From Rozella allomycis CSF55 (taxonomy: Eukaryota): a stretch of DNA of 61,946 nt. The notes under the pieces are model-generated. The model had not been told where the DNA came from, searched no databases, and saw only the letters and a program-made list of their open reading frames with translations. Both the position numbers and the translations under genes were made by a program. Below are positions 13,201 to 27,107 of the stretch, piece after piece. Position 1 is the first letter of the stretch; the number at the start of each line of letters is the position of its first letter. The stretch is from contig KE560847.1 of assembly GCA_000442015.1 (NCBI GenBank), positions 1-61,946 of the forward strand, read 5' to 3'.

Positions 13201-14576
13201 ATGAGGTTTGATTATAGCGGGCATAGTACAAAGTCTTTAATGTATGTGAATTTCAATCAAGATTTTACATGTTTTAGTGTTGGCGATAATTATGGTTTTA
13301 AGATATTTAATACTGACCCGATGAAGCTAAAAATGGATCGAGGTAAGGTCAATTACAATTTTTTAAAGAAAAAAGGTACTTTAGGAAATAATAGCTTATT
13401 AGATTTAAAAGGACAAGGAATAGGAATAATTGAAATGCTGTTCAGAACAAATTACCTGGCACTAGTTGGTGGCGGTGATACGCCTTACCAATCAAACAAC
13501 AAGGTGTTGATTTGGGATGATTTAAAAACAAAATGTGTTATAGAATTGGAGTTCAAATCTGAAATTAAGAGCGTGAAAATGAGAAGGGACAGGTATTAAT
13601 GCAGATTATTCAAAGATTCAGGATTATTGTTATCTTACAAAGAAAAGTCTTCGTATACAGTCTCAGTGCAAATCCCCAGAAACTATATGTCTTTGACACT
13701 ATGGAGAATAAGAGAGGTAGCACATGATCATACTATTTTTCAAGGGCTGTGTGCGGTCTCGCCAACCAATGACTCTGCAATACTTGCATTCCCTAGTAGC
13801 TCGCCTGGAATAATACAACTTATTGATTTAAATAACCCTAAAGCTACACCATGCTTAATAAAAGCCCATGAAAGTCGATTGGCTGCACTGGCAATTTCTA
13901 GTGATGGAAAGAAAATTGCTACTGCTTCGGAAAAGGTATTAACTTATCTTTGTTATTCTAGGGTACTTTAATTAGAGTTTTCAACGTGAATACATGTACG
14001 TTAATGTATGAATTCAGACGGGGAACGGAGAGGGCAGACATCATATCGTAAACGAAAGTATATAAACCAATTAGACTAAATTTTGACTCGAACGGCGAAC
14101 GAATTGTTGTTTCTAGCGATAAAGAAACAATTCACATCTTTCATTTGAATCCAGAACTGAAAGATTTTCGACAAAGGTAAAAATCCTGTAACCAGTTTAC
14201 AGTCTCTCCGGATCAATCAGTTCCATTTTTTCATCCGATTCAAATAATTTTCCAATCATGTAACAAATTATTTATCATTTTATTAGACCTGGTAGTAGCG
14301 ACAAGCGGAAATCGTAACTATATTCCTTGTTTTAGATAGAATAAAGGAATATTTGCCCAAATACTTTAATTCAAAAACAAGTTTTGCCAAAATATATGTG
14401 AAAGAAGGCTTGCAACATTTATGTTGCTTTGGAAAGGAACCCGATTCTGTTATTGGTATTGGTGTTAAATTGTAGTTATAATAGCGTTATCATCCGATGG
14501 GGTCTGGCGTAAATTTTCGTATGATTTAGAAGCAGGAGGGGAAGGCAAGGAGGTTACTACCCTTCACTTTCTCTAA
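13201..14576 (+). CDS. PROPPIN WD40 protein (Hsv2/WDR45B-WIPI3-like)
   Basis: EMLFRTNYLALVGGG, NKVLIWDD, ATASEKGTLIRVF and the FRRG phosphoinositide-binding motif (EFRRGTERA). Multi-exon. Confidence 0.9.
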
Positions 14577-14628
14577 AATAAATCTATTCTTAATTTTTTG
14601 TTTAACCGCCAATTTTGAAATTTTCAAA

Positions 14629-15917
14629 ATGGCATCAAACCCTTTTAAGATTGCCAAACCCAAAGCAGATGCAAGATTAAACGACAACCCTTTACGACCA
14701 TCTAACAAGATTAATATACCTACTACACAGGAAGCAAAGGTCGATATTCCTGGAAACATTTTTAAAAGAAAGAGAGATCTCAAGGAAGATATATTCAAGG
14801 TATTTAAGGATATTAATTGAAAAAAGACTAGCAGGAATAAATCGCTGCCTCTGAAAGGATCTATCCACCATGTCCAAAATTGGGAAAACGAGTATCCACA
14901 CGACGATTATTCCATTAAAGATTCTTGTACTTTTATGTTTCAAAAAGATATGTCTGAAGCAGAGAGAGATTTCAAATTTTGCTACTATGAATTTCCTGGA
15001 ACATCCCTACCCCCATCACAAGCCAAATTATTAGCAAAGTACACAAATAAGAACCTTACTTTTAAATCTGAAGATCCGGAAGTCCAATATTTTACACAAC
15101 TTCACGAGACTTGGTAAGGGTAGTTTGTAGAATGATAAAGGAAAAACTCATTTGAATCTGCGTATAGAAAATGGAAGGATAATGAATTGAAATTCTTCTA
15201 TCTATTTTATGGTGATCGCTATTCATTTCTTTTCGATGAACATAAAAATGTCAAGATTGGCGATTACGATCATTCTTTAATCGTCCAGCTTACCAATGAA
15301 GGTTTGAGCTAATCAAAATCTTGAAAAGGTATATTAGATAAACCAGAAGAACATGTCAATGATGAAAATCAAGCAATTGAAGAGGAAAAAGATCTCTTAA
15401 TGAATTCATTCCATTCGTAAAATGACATTTTTTGATTAAAAGGCGAACATTAAAATTTAAGCGTCACACAACGACGCCACTGACCGAGGCAAAGGCCAGA
15501 GGAACCAAACTCCCTTGCCTCATTATCTCCATGAAATCAAGAATTCATTTATTGTTCGATTACTTGGTCAATAGAAAAGATTATGTTTTAATTCCTAAAT
15601 TACCTGTGTTGATATCGAATGAACCTTTTCATTTCGCAACAGTGAAGCCTGTGAAAGTGACCAGGGTCGTTCATATTGAAAGAGTGCAAAATTCTCAAAA
15701 CCAAAACATGCAAAACTATTTCCCGCATAAGATTATATTAACTAATAATATTCTTTATCCCACATTGAAGATTATTTATGAAAAGCTTCAGGAGTGGAAA
15801 ATCCCATACCGGGCGATTCTTAATTCCAAAAGAATCAGCCTTAAATTGACTGAGAAGGCTATTAGTTCAATTGAATACAATGGCGAAAAATACAAGAAAC
15901 TATTAGAAAACAAATAA
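14629..15917 (+). CDS. DONSON: DONSON (downstream neighbor of SON) replication factor homolog
   Basis: The spliced product has W..SFESAYR, FFYL..YSFLF, LFDYLVN and LPVLISNEPFHFAT, resembling the DONSON LP.L.S..PF..AT block. Confidence 0.65.
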
Positions 15918-16012
15918 AGAATAAAATAGAGAATACAGTATAAAATGAATAAAGAATGGTTTTATCTCGTAGGTTCATTTATTAAAATCATATTACGAGA
16001 GGATATTATAGT

Positions 16013-17404
16013 TTAAGCCAATTGTTTTTCCAAATCAGACACATAAATAGCCTTTTTAGTCGATTTTGGATTATTTCTATTTGTATGTAAATTTTTTGTA
16101 TTATTTGGACTTGACAAAAGTGTTTGAAGGAGACCGGCCCCGTTATTGACTTGAGGAGGATAAGGGGGTGAATTATAGAATTGCCCGGCATACATTGGAT
16201 GAAAATGTGGTGGCATTGGATAAAAATTGCCTTGAGTTGGCATTTGAGCGGCAGGATTTAAATTCCATGGCATTTGGTTGCCAGTCTTTACAGGGGTGTT
16301 CATGGCGCTTTCATTTCCTGGTGTGACAGGGATACCAGCATGATTAATGGTTGCAGTCTTTTCATTTAATGGAAAATTATTGAATTTGTTAAAATCTGGA
16401 ATTCCAGCTGGATGAAATTGTGGATTCACCGCATCATTTTTCTTTTCCAGATTAAAGTCGAGTGAAAAAGATTCATTTAGAGAATCTTGATGATTATTGA
16501 TAGAATCTTGATGGTTAGAAATGCTGCTTCTTCTTTCAATGACGCCAGAGCCAACGCTAGCTTTTCTTTCTCTTTTATTTTCCATGCCGAATGCAAATTT
16601 TGAAATGTGATCATCTGGAATACTTACAGTGGATGGTCTGCGATTCAAGTTTGTTGGTTTTATGCCATTCATTTTAAGAATAACTGAAGTTGGAACGTCA
16701 GATGAAAAAGATTGCAAGGAATTTGATATTTCAACTGGCTTTTCTGTCTCTTCCTCGTTTTTGAAAAATCTTGAAAATCTGGATTCTTTCTTTTCAGGAA
16801 TGGAAATGGGATTTTCAACTGTTGTATTAAAATTTAAAGAAAAGAATGCTTCGGTTGTTTCATTTATTTCATTGGGTGTAAAGAATGCCTCGGTTGCTTC
16901 ATTAATCTCATTGGAAGCAAAAAATGCTTCGGTTGTTTCATTTATTTCATTGGGGCTTTTATCGTTACTTGAATAGTCTTCCAATAGTACGCCATTAAAA
17001 TCATTATTTACAAATTCAGAGTTTTGATATTCACCCATTTCAAATTCATTTTGATCGTTATTTTCATGTTGCGATTCATTTATCAATTCATTTTTATTCT
17101 TTTCTCTCATATTTTTAAGAAACATTTCCATTTTAATAGAGTTGAAAGAGTCTAGCGAATCTTCAGTCTCGACGTGCAAAGAATCGAGCCAAGCAGGTTC
17201 TGGAGTTTTGGATGATGTGTTCAAGTTTATTTTTTGTTTTGCAGAGGACTGGGATAGAGAGCTTGAAGGTCTACAGTTGCGCAGTCTTTCTTTTTTGAGC
17301 GTGTTGTATTCTTGTTTGAAGGATTGTAATTCTTTGGGATTTGAAACCAGAGGACTGTCGCGAAGAGACAAGAGATATTCCAACGTGTACAATGGTTTGG
17401 TCAT
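16013..17404 (-). CDS. eIF4E-binding protein, 4E-T/EIF4ENIF1-like
   Basis: N-terminal YxxxxLphi motif (YTLEYLL), EPAW, SRFSRFF, a low-complexity Q/P-rich tail and VSDLE. Single exon, likely start MTKPLY. Confidence 0.6.
   Translation of the reverse strand: MTKPLYTLEYLLSLRDSPLVSNPKELQSFKQEYNTLKKERLRNCRPSSSLSQSSAKQKINLNTSSKTPEPAWLDSLHVETEDSLDSFNSIKMEMFLKNMREKNKNELINESQHENNDQNEFEMGEYQNSEFVNNDFNGVLLEDYSSNDKSPNEINETTEAFFASNEINEATEAFFTPNEINETTEAFFSLNFNTTVENPISIPEKKESRFSRFFKNEEETEKPVEISNSLQSFSSDVPTSVILKMNGIKPTNLNRRPSTVSIPDDHISKFAFGMENKRERKASVGSGVIERRSSISNHQDSINNHQDSLNESFSLDFNLEKKNDAVNPQFHPAGIPDFNKFNNFPLNEKTATINHAGIPVTPGNESAMNTPVKTGNQMPWNLNPAAQMPTQGNFYPMPPHFHPMYAGQFYNSPPYPPQVNNGAGLLQTLLSSPNNTKNLHTNRNNPKSTKKAIYVSDLEKQLA
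16843..16956 (-). repeat. Coding tandem repeat, 3 x 39 bp (NEINE[T/A]TEAFF)
   Basis: Translation SPNEINETTEAFF-ASNEINEATEAFF-TPNEINETTEAFF. Boundaries approximate. Confidence 0.85.
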
Positions 17405-17610
17405 CTTCTGGGTGGCGTAGCGAACACACATAGCCAATATCAATTTCAAATGAGGAAATATTCAATTTATCGGTTAGCAATATAGAAATTAAAGTTTTAA
17501 AATGAAAAGTAATTGCTTGCGAACTTTGTAAGCCTTTTGTATGAAGAAAGCGAAATAAAAGTATTCAACTCTTTGAACTTTAAGAATTAAAAAAGTTAAA
17601 AAAGATTTAT

Positions 17611-20600
17611 TTAATGTCGTGATTTTCTTAGAGATCTTCTGGTGTTTATGGGCTTTGGAATAATTCTAGAAGAACGCCTTCTAGTGGAAATGTTTGATTC
17701 ACTGTCAGAGTCAACTGAAGCAGATTCAGATTCTGAGATGTTTGTGGTGGAAGAGGAATCAGAAGATGATTTGTTTGAATGAGAAGTAACTTCATCATCA
17801 GATTCCTTTGAAGGTTTGAGTGGAATTCTTTTTGAAATTGTTGGTCTTTGTGCAACAGGCTTTGTATAGCGGGGTTTAATTTGAATTGAAGCATCTTTTG
17901 TATTTTCATTTAAACTTGAAGAATCTTTTGTCTCATTTGAAGATTCATTTGAAGGTTCACTTGAACTTTCTTGTGTTACTTCTTCATCTCTCATTTCTTC
18001 AATTTCACTTTCCTCACTTTCAAAAGAATCTTCTTCTTCACTTTCATTATTGATTTTTCTCCTTTTAACTTTAGTTACTTTTCTTCTATTTCTTCTGTTA
18101 GTTCTTGATGCTCTTCGTGGCACTTTTTCAATATCAGATTCAATGTCAGATCCACTTTCACTTTCATTTTGACTTGCAGATTCACTAGAATAAGTTTCAG
18201 ATTCTTCTTTATCAACCAAAAATGGTTGAGTTAAATTATTCACATCAGAAGAAAAATCATCTCTCTTTTGAACAGTCAAATCAGATGAAAAATCAAAACT
18301 TTTTTGTGAAATTGGCTTTCTTTCTCTCAAACTCTTTCTTATCCTGGTTCCTGGGTCTTCATCTATTTCTGAATTTTCTGATAGATCTCTATTTCTTCTT
18401 CTTAAAGATCTTTTGTTGTTATTGAATAGATTATTTTCAGAGTCAGATTCAATATAAGAAATTCTTTTTCTTTCTCTTCTGGAATCTGTTTGAATAATGG
18501 CACCATCTTCTAAAATTTGTTCCAATTCCTAGATTGAAATAGATGAAATAGATTACGCTTTTTCTTAAATTATTTATAGATTTTTCTTTTAGATTAACAG
18601 AAGATAATTTTTCGAGAATAAAATTCTTGTATTGAACAGATTGAATTCCAATTTCACTTTCAGCTCCATTGTAAAGAATGGCATTTGAAGATAAAGTTTC
18701 AATGTCCCACTTTAAGGCTTCAAAAGATCGATAATAATTATTCTTTAATCTTTCTATAATTTTATTAATACAAATTGGATATCCCACAATCTTGCAATAA
18801 TCTTTATATCGATGGTAATTAACATTGTAAATAAATTCAAAAGAAAATTCTTGTTTTCTAGAAGATTCCATCGCTTTAATAAACTTTCTACAAGGAAATT
18901 CAACGCTCTCTTTAAATCTATCGCCAAATCCTCTTTCTCCTTTAACTCTTTGAAGTTCCCATGGACTCATTGATTCATCATCTCCACTATCATCTTGTCT
19001 CACTAGAAAACATGACCACGGACTGTTTCTATGCTTTGATATATCAATTGGCACATGTCCCACAATTGTTCCCAAATACTTTTCCTTTTGACTATAAATA
19101 CAATAAACTCTCTCGCCAACAGTCCAATTCTGCTCCATCCCCCATTCATACTTTGATTCCAATATTATAAAATCTGGAACATAATCGGAATCATAATACT
19201 CAACAACCAAATCCCTTTCATTTCTATTCAACGTTATCGTAACCCTACAATACGGTGGCATTCCTGGCATATATTCCAATTCTATCAATAAAATTAAATT
19301 TATTTTACTTTTAATAACTCCACTTTCAATACTTTGCAATTCTTCAAAATTCGGAACTGAAAGTGTGACGCCAGGGTATGAGTTTGCATGGGTTGATAAT
19401 CCAAAACTATTCAACGCCATTTCCTCTCCTCTATTCCTTTCATTATGCGATCTCACAAACTCTTCGTGTCCTTGTCTGAAATAAACAACAGAGTCATTAA
19501 TTTGCGGCTGATATGGCGTGTCAAGTCTTTTTGTTTCCAGAATCCAATCTGATGGCAAATATTTTAAATATTCTCGATTCTTTTCTCTTCTCTTCTGCTG
19601 CTCTTCTCTCTTCAATCGCTGTTCAATTCTCCTTTGCTCTTGTTCAGCTCGTCGTTGTTCTTCAAGCTCGTTTTGAAGTCGTTCTCTTTCCCTTTCTTCT
19701 TCCATTCTTCTTCTAGTTCTATCAGTAGAATTCCTACTAAAATCTTCATTAAAGATATCAACAATTCTTCTAGCAGGCCTTTCAACTTCTGGAACTGTAA
19801 AGTCTTCATCATTTTCATCATCAAATATTAAAATATTCCCACTAGTAATCATTTGGCTATCCATTTCAACAACAACATCCTCATCTTCATTATCTGTTGT
19901 ATATATAACCCTTCTATGGCGCGTCTTTTTCAAATAATCTTCACTCACCCCTTGAAAATTCAAATATGATTTATAATCTTGTTTAATTAAATATTCCTCC
20001 CTTTCTCTTGCAACATTTACTCTGTTTTCTATTTCTGAAATTTCCAATTTATTTATCGTCTGGTCATTGTAAGGAATTCTATTCAAATCAATCAATTCAC
20101 CATAAAATGAATTTGGCATAGTCTTTATTATTAATTTAAATTTTATTACTTGAGTTGTTTCATGAATAGGAAGTCCATTTGGATCATACACAACTCTATC
20201 AAAATCAACTATTCTAAATTGCTCATTCTTCAAGTTTTGGAAATACTTGGCATCAATTGAATGCTTTATTATTGTTGAAGATCCCAATGAATCCACAATG
20301 ATTAAACTCTCTCCGTCGGGCGAAAACATTCCATCCAACAAAATTCTTCCATTAAAATCAAATTCTTTTAAAATTTATTATAAATTTATACCTTTAATGC
20401 GTTCACCAGTAACAACGTCCCAAATGATCACCCGTCCATCTTCAAATCCTCCACTAAAAACAACATTGCAGTATTTGGGGTGGCTACTTAGAATAAAAAT
20501 TTCTTTTGAATGGGCTTTAATCGTTCTAATTTGTTTCCCTTTCCATGCATCCCAAATCCTTAAACATCCATCTGATGACGAAAGGATAACAAACCTATCA

Positions 20601-22608
20601 TCACACGACCACACACCCATATTCAATCTAGCTCTCTTTTTAGTTGATTCTTTCTTTTTAGGCGACTTTGTACATTCAGGTTGAACCACATTCAAAGTAT
20701 TCTCATTTCTTGGCCTCGTTAACCGCCTAGCTTCAATTTCTGAATTTTCGTAATTTGATAATTCATCTTCAGAAAGAATTGCTTCACTTTCTGTATCTGC
20801 ATGGATTGAATTAACATCTTCCATTGATGACTGGGATGGTTCGTATTCATTTTCTTCATTCATCGAAAGTGACCTAACAGACATGTCATCTTCATTGACA
20901 ATAAATTCTTTGTCATCTTCAGCGATACCCTTTTCATCATTTAAAGTTTCGTCGTTTTCAACTTGATTATTCCCCTCTTCATCCTTTTGATCAACTTGCA
21001 TTTCTTCATTCAATTCTTCTTTCTCTTCATTTTTGGATTCCTCCATGGGATTGTCTTCTACTATTTCAGCTTCCTTCATCTCAGTTTCTTTTATTCTATT
21101 ATCTTCTTGGTTGTCCACTTCTTCTTCTTCTTTATCTGCGTTCTCTTCTACTTGACTCCAAAATTCATTCTGTTGAGAGTCTTCCTCCATTGTTTCTTCA
21201 AGTACTTCAGGTTCCACTAATTATTTCAAACAACTTAATTTACAAAGCAAAGATTTCCATCTTTTCAAAAGTTGATCAAAATAATACACCCTTGCAGTCC
21301 CATCCAAAGATCTATAAGTGCCACCTAATCCGATTACCCGGCTAGTAGTTTATCTCCTCCATTACTGAAACCAATCACTTTAATGCTGCCCCTAAAATCA
21401 GGGAAAACATGTATTAATGGCGGTTTCATTGATAACTTGTCCTCCTCTTTTCTAAAAGGAGTCGATACAAACATTCTCACAACCCCATCAGTAGCACCAG
21501 TTGCGAATCGCGNTCGATACAAACATTCTCACAACTCCATCAGTAGCACCAGTTGCGAATCGCGTGCCTCCAGGAGAAACAGCTGATACCCTGGCTGAAT
21601 CTTTTGAAATGGACTTGTTGGAATATTCAATAGGCTAAAACATCTCCATATATCACTTACTTGCATAACTTCAAAAGTATATTTGTTGAATGAATAAACC
21701 CTCAAAATACCATCCCCACACGAAGCCATCAAATAGCAATTATAATCATCCTCAATCTTGCTAGGTAGAAAATGGACTGTATTGACCATTGAAGGTGCTT
21801 TAATAGCCAATAATATTGAATAATCTTTTAAATCCCAAATAAAAATTCTCTTGTCTTCTGCAACGGTCGCAAGCATTTTGTTATCATCACTTACGGACAT
21901 GTCAGAAACCTATCCCAAATATTCATTTTCCTTACATTAAATTCATGCCCTCTTAAAGAAACAATCAGCCCGCCATTCTCCAAAGACCAAACTTTCACAT
22001 TCCCATCATCAGCCCCGGTAAAGAACCTCTGACATCCCTTGTCAAAAGTCACATTGTATATTGGAGATAAATGTCCAACAACAGTGCTCATCTATTTAAT
22101 AATCATTAATTCCTTTTACAACTTCAAATCCCCTAAAATAATCATGACCATCATCAACTCCAATTTTTATCCATTTTCTATTCAGCACCAAATTACCTAA
22201 ATCTCACTCAAAATAATAAAATTACTTGTAGATGTTAAAAATCTAGTTGGACACAATCTGTTGCGAACATGGGTATTTGCCACCACAAATTCAGGATTTT
22301 CCAATCGGAGTCTCAAAAAATTTACATCCTGCCCATTCTGTGAAATTGCAAGCTCAAAAAGAGACTCTTCTGATGTCTTTTTACACAGTCGAAGTAGATA
22401 GTCTGGTGTTATATCAGGATGTCTTTTTCTAAACTCTTCGTAATCAACTTGAACCTCTAGTGCGGAATTTGTTGGATCTGATAATTCTTTTAGCAGCTGT
22501 TTGGCTGAAGCTTGGTACGGCGAATCATTCAAAAAATGCGCAATCAGGAGATATAATTCTCATGTTTACTTTGCTGGTAAATTTACCTTGAAGCAGGAAA
22601 CTACTCAT
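17611..22608 (-). CDS. Bromodomain and WD-repeat protein (PHIP/BRWD family)
   Basis: N-terminus ELYLLIAHFL, WD40 repeats, PYQPQINDSVVYFRQGH, SMSPWEL and a bromodomain (YCKIVGYPI...IIERLKNNYYR). Confidence 0.9.
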
Positions 22609-22799
22609 GAAATTAACCACGCCACTGTACCCTTGTTCCTAGGTTGTGAAGACTTTGAGAAATAATAATTGTCTACATATAAAATGACAGGTTTATATAC
22701 ATTAAGATTTCTGAATAGAAATNCTTATAAAATACGTAAAAAAAGAAAAAAATAGACTGTACATATTATAAAACTATTAATCTAATAAAATTTTATTAA

Positions 22800-25700
22800 T
22801 TATACAGGTGAATGCATGCCGAGTTTGGTGTTGAATTCTAGTTTGGAGCGTTTCTGAAATCTTGTCCAAGAGTCTTTATCCCAACGTTTAACGAATTCAT
22901 TCCAAAGAAGATCAATAAACGGCCAGATAAATACAAGTATCCAAATGAAATAGTCTACATTTCTAAATATTGAAAAGGAAGACGAAGTGGAAATCGATAC
23001 AATAAAGAATACAATAGAAAATAACAGACTAAATTAAAGAATAAAAGAAGACTTACTGATGAACCAAAATCGCTTGGGAGGATATGAATAGATTGGCAAA
23101 GTTCTGTGGATAAAAGTTGAGGATTTCATGATTAAATTTAGACAAAAGAATAATAAGGCAACGTTTTGGCTAAAAATGATGTCATTCCAAGAAGAAAATG
23201 AGGGTGGCTTAAACAAGATAAACTCTCTTTTTGAGAAAAGGCAACTATGGATTAACATTGATGAAAATGATTACAGAGAATAAATTATGGCTGTAAGTAT
23301 ACTTGACGGAATGAATCTTAAACAAAAATACCAAATAAAACGAAAAAAGTCTTTCAAGTGATTCTTATTTTTGACGGGGATTGTTTTTAGAATGTTTGGG
23401 TCGTAAGGCAAGAAGATTAGCGATAAGGAAAGAAGAGGTAAAATAAACCATTGAATCCAAATAATTTGATATCCAGTGAAGCAAGGAGGAAGTGTTAATA
23501 AAAGACAAAGTAAATTGGAGATGGAAACAGACAGTTGAGATCCAATAAATAAAGCAAAAATTTGAATCCCATTTTGCATTAAACATCTCGCTTCTCTTAT
23601 CACTTCAGTCAAAACATAAGGACTTGATTCAAACGGCATAAACATTGCTGAAGGTAAAGAAATCAAAGCAGAACTTAAAACGTTGCTGTTAATTTCCTTC
23701 TTTTTTATATTCGCTGGTCTCATGAAAAGAGGTTCCATCGCTACACTAACATCAGACACAGCAAAGAGTGACGCGTTATCCATGTGTAATGCACTTCCTA
23801 CACAACAAACTACTTCCCCAAATTCCTGATAAAGTTTAATCATGTCTTTAGTATTTTCTAATTTACATTCAGCAAAAATAGAGACATGAAGTGGAATATC
23901 ATCAACAGTCTTTAAATGATTTCTTATATTTTCAACACCCCTGGGCATTCTAGCTTTAATGTATGAAGAATCCAAATAATCAGCCTGTGATGCGTATTCT
24001 TCATGTGGAGTACTCAACAAAATACAACAATTCCAATCAGTTTCAAGTCCCAACTTTTCTGCAAATGCTATTCTTCAATCACCAGATAATATTCTTACCT
24101 TTACTTTCTCTTTCTCCAACAGGCGAAAAATATGAAAATCGTATCCCTGCAACGCCCAAATCTTCAATAAATTCTGTAACATTTTCTTTTATTAAATTTC
24201 CTAAATTCACAATTCCAAGAAAAACTTGATCTGATATCATTTCCATTCGCTCCTCTCCATTCTCTTGCTCGAATGTCATTTCCAAATATAATGGCGAATC
24301 ATTAATAATCTTTTCTTTCAAGGGCCTAAAAGAAAGAGCTATGCACTGTTCATCATTGGACGCTGCATTCTGATAGTATTCTGATATCCTTTTCCTAGTT
24401 GATTCATCCAAAGGTATCAATTCTTTGCCATTCCAATAATCAGAACATAATTTCAATGTCAAATCCACATTCCCCTGGCTCAGCAATTGATATGACCCTG
24501 GTCATTTGTTATGTAAAAAATTACCTTTGCTACTATCAACAATTGCAAGGCATGACATCGATGGAATCTCGAAATCTTTATAAGAATGAAAACTATTTTT
24601 CAAACTTGACGAAAAGGGAGAAAATGCAAATATTTCCATAGTATCTTTATACTTTGTGATGGAATCATTGTTAAACCCAATGGCTCGTGATAATGAGCAA
24701 AGACACGCTATATTTTATTTGTAACCTAGTATTACATTGACGCGAGGTTGGGCATGATCCATAGTTTGTCAATGCGCTCAACTTTCGATGTAAATCTTTC
24801 CTTATTCTACGACCACATCGAGTATTTAAAAATAAATTTAATCCGATCGGCTTTAAATTCCTGTCACTTTTATATCTAAATGTTACGTTAGCCGCTCCTT
24901 CCAAAGGTTCTCTTGAAAAATGTAACCGTTTTGAGAATCCAAATGAACATCAATTGATTCAGTCGAAGATGTATTGTTTATAAACATTAAAGATTTGGCA
25001 GAAGGATAAGGATGAGTTAAAACTCCAATTTTATCCACAAAGCACATCACCGAAACTGATGCTAATGATTCAAGTAAATGGGTTGAATTAGTCAAAGATT
25101 GTTTATCTTTAAAAAACGTCAATTTTAAAACTTTTTTCAAAACTTGGTTGAAAGGTAAAACTACATCCTTCGTTGGTGGCCCAGCCTCAATGTCGAATTC
25201 ATCTTCTCCCAGATCATACAACTCGTATGGAGTCTTTTCTTTCTTTAAAACTTCAAATAAAATTGATATTCTGGCATTGCCATACGCCTTGAATACATAA
25301 AACGTAATCAAGAAACTAAATGGAAACAATGGAAAGCACACAAGCCAAGGGTAATAAAGCACCCAAACAACATCAAATTGTTTAAATACTAAAAACACTG
25401 AAACGCAAATTATCAAGGAAATAATAAACATAATGGGCAAAAGAAAATCGCTCAATCTTCGCTGAACTATTGTACGCTGGTACTCCAATAACGGCTCAGG
25501 TCTTTTACATTTTAAAGTTTCTGATAAAACAGACACAAATGGAGTCTCCATAAGCACAAATTTATACCTTCCAGACAATTGGCTCATTTTATCCCGACTT
25601 CCATAAAATGAACATAAGCTATCGGGCTTCAAATATTCTCCTTTTTCTAAAATAAATTCTCGGCTATTAAAAACAGAATCCTTTGTATCTGTCATTAGAC

Positions 25701-26271
25701 GCATCTTGCAACATGCTATTTCACCATAGGCCATTTCAATCGTATCCCCGGCTACACCGAGAACTGAGGGTATCACATAGACTTGGTTATCTCTAATAAC
25801 TCTAATGCAATCTACTGAACGGGTCCCAAATGGAATCCTTATTTCCTGATAGTCTAATTTAGTATTTGTCTTGATCATGTCTAACACACTTTGAATACGA
25901 TCCCGCTGATCCACTATTTGATTTCTTTGATCTCTGTATCGAATAAATATGTATAGCCATATGGTGCCAATAAATAAGACAACTTCAAGTAGAACAGGGA
26001 CCCAAGAAACAAAAATGGAATCCTTTCCGGTAACAATATCATAAAATACAAATCCGATACAGGAAAGGCAAAAAAGTACTACTAATGCCGTGGTTGAAAT
26101 CGGTATGCGATAAAATTCAAAAATAGAATTCCTTTTTTCCTCTTTGTCAACTATTTCTTGAAGTGCTTCGTGGAGTCTTTTCATCGCAGATTCAGTGGTA
26201 AGACTTGAATTTGTTGATAAAAGAGATGAAATATTTTCATGTGAATCAACGACGTGAAGGTTTGAGCTCAT
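22800..26271 (-). CDS. TMEM94: TMEM94/ERMA P-type-ATPase-like membrane protein
   Basis: DKIGVLT, GIRFSYFS, GLETDWNCCILLS, PRGVENIRNHL..VDDIPL and C-terminal QKRSKLEFNTKLGMHSP. Confidence 0.9.
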
Positions 26272-26375
26272 TTACAAAATTTCACAATAAGAAAAATTGA
26301 TTTTCATGGATTCATTCAGTGTTATTAAACATTTTTTATAACTTTGAATAATTAAAATTTATTACTTAATACTTT

Positions 26376-27059
26376 CTAACTTTCCCAATCTTTTTTGATT
26401 TCAATGTTCCACGTAAAGTCAAGATGACAATTTTTATCATCATCCACAAATCTCGATCGAATAGAATAATTGCCTCTATAAATCAATACTTAATTAAATA
26501 TATGATTTACCATCCCGCTAGGTAATGTTTCTGGTGAAAATGATTTAGTGTAAGGTTCATCGCTAGGGCCATAAGAACCGATCATCTCCTCCATCTTATC
26601 AACTTTAATTCCCTTTCTTTTCATGACTTGAATATACTTCAAGCCAGGTATGACGTCGTTGTTGACGTAAAATGTAACCTTAAGTCTAAAATCAATTCCT
26701 TCTTTAACGACAAAAACCTTATTTTTTAATTCTTCAATTTGCTCTGTTAGGTTTAATTATTATATAATTACCAGTGGTGGATAAATTCATCACATAATCT
26801 GGCCTCCCCTCAGATTCCATGGCCAACTTTGCAATTAATACAGGTTTATTGCTTTTAGTGTCTTCAATTTCTTATTAGAGATCGACTTACTTGAGACGCT
26901 TTTCAATAGAGTCTGTTTCCATTTTGTCAAGGATTCATCATCCCCATCCATCATTTTCAATTCTTCTATAGTTTTCTTTTCCGGCGGTTTATATCCAATG
27001 GTCTCAGAAGGCCTTAAGTCTTCTTCATCATTTGTCAATGGTACATTTGGCACAGTCAT
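26376..27059 (-). CDS. RDI1: Rho GDP-dissociation inhibitor
   Basis: GYKPPEKKTIEEL..MDGDDESLTKWK, KEGIDFRL, MIGSYGP and SRFVDDD. Confidence 0.95.
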
Positions 27060-27107
27060 TGTTATTAGAAAATTACCAAGTCGTTTTGGACACAATCAAA
27101 ATTTAAT

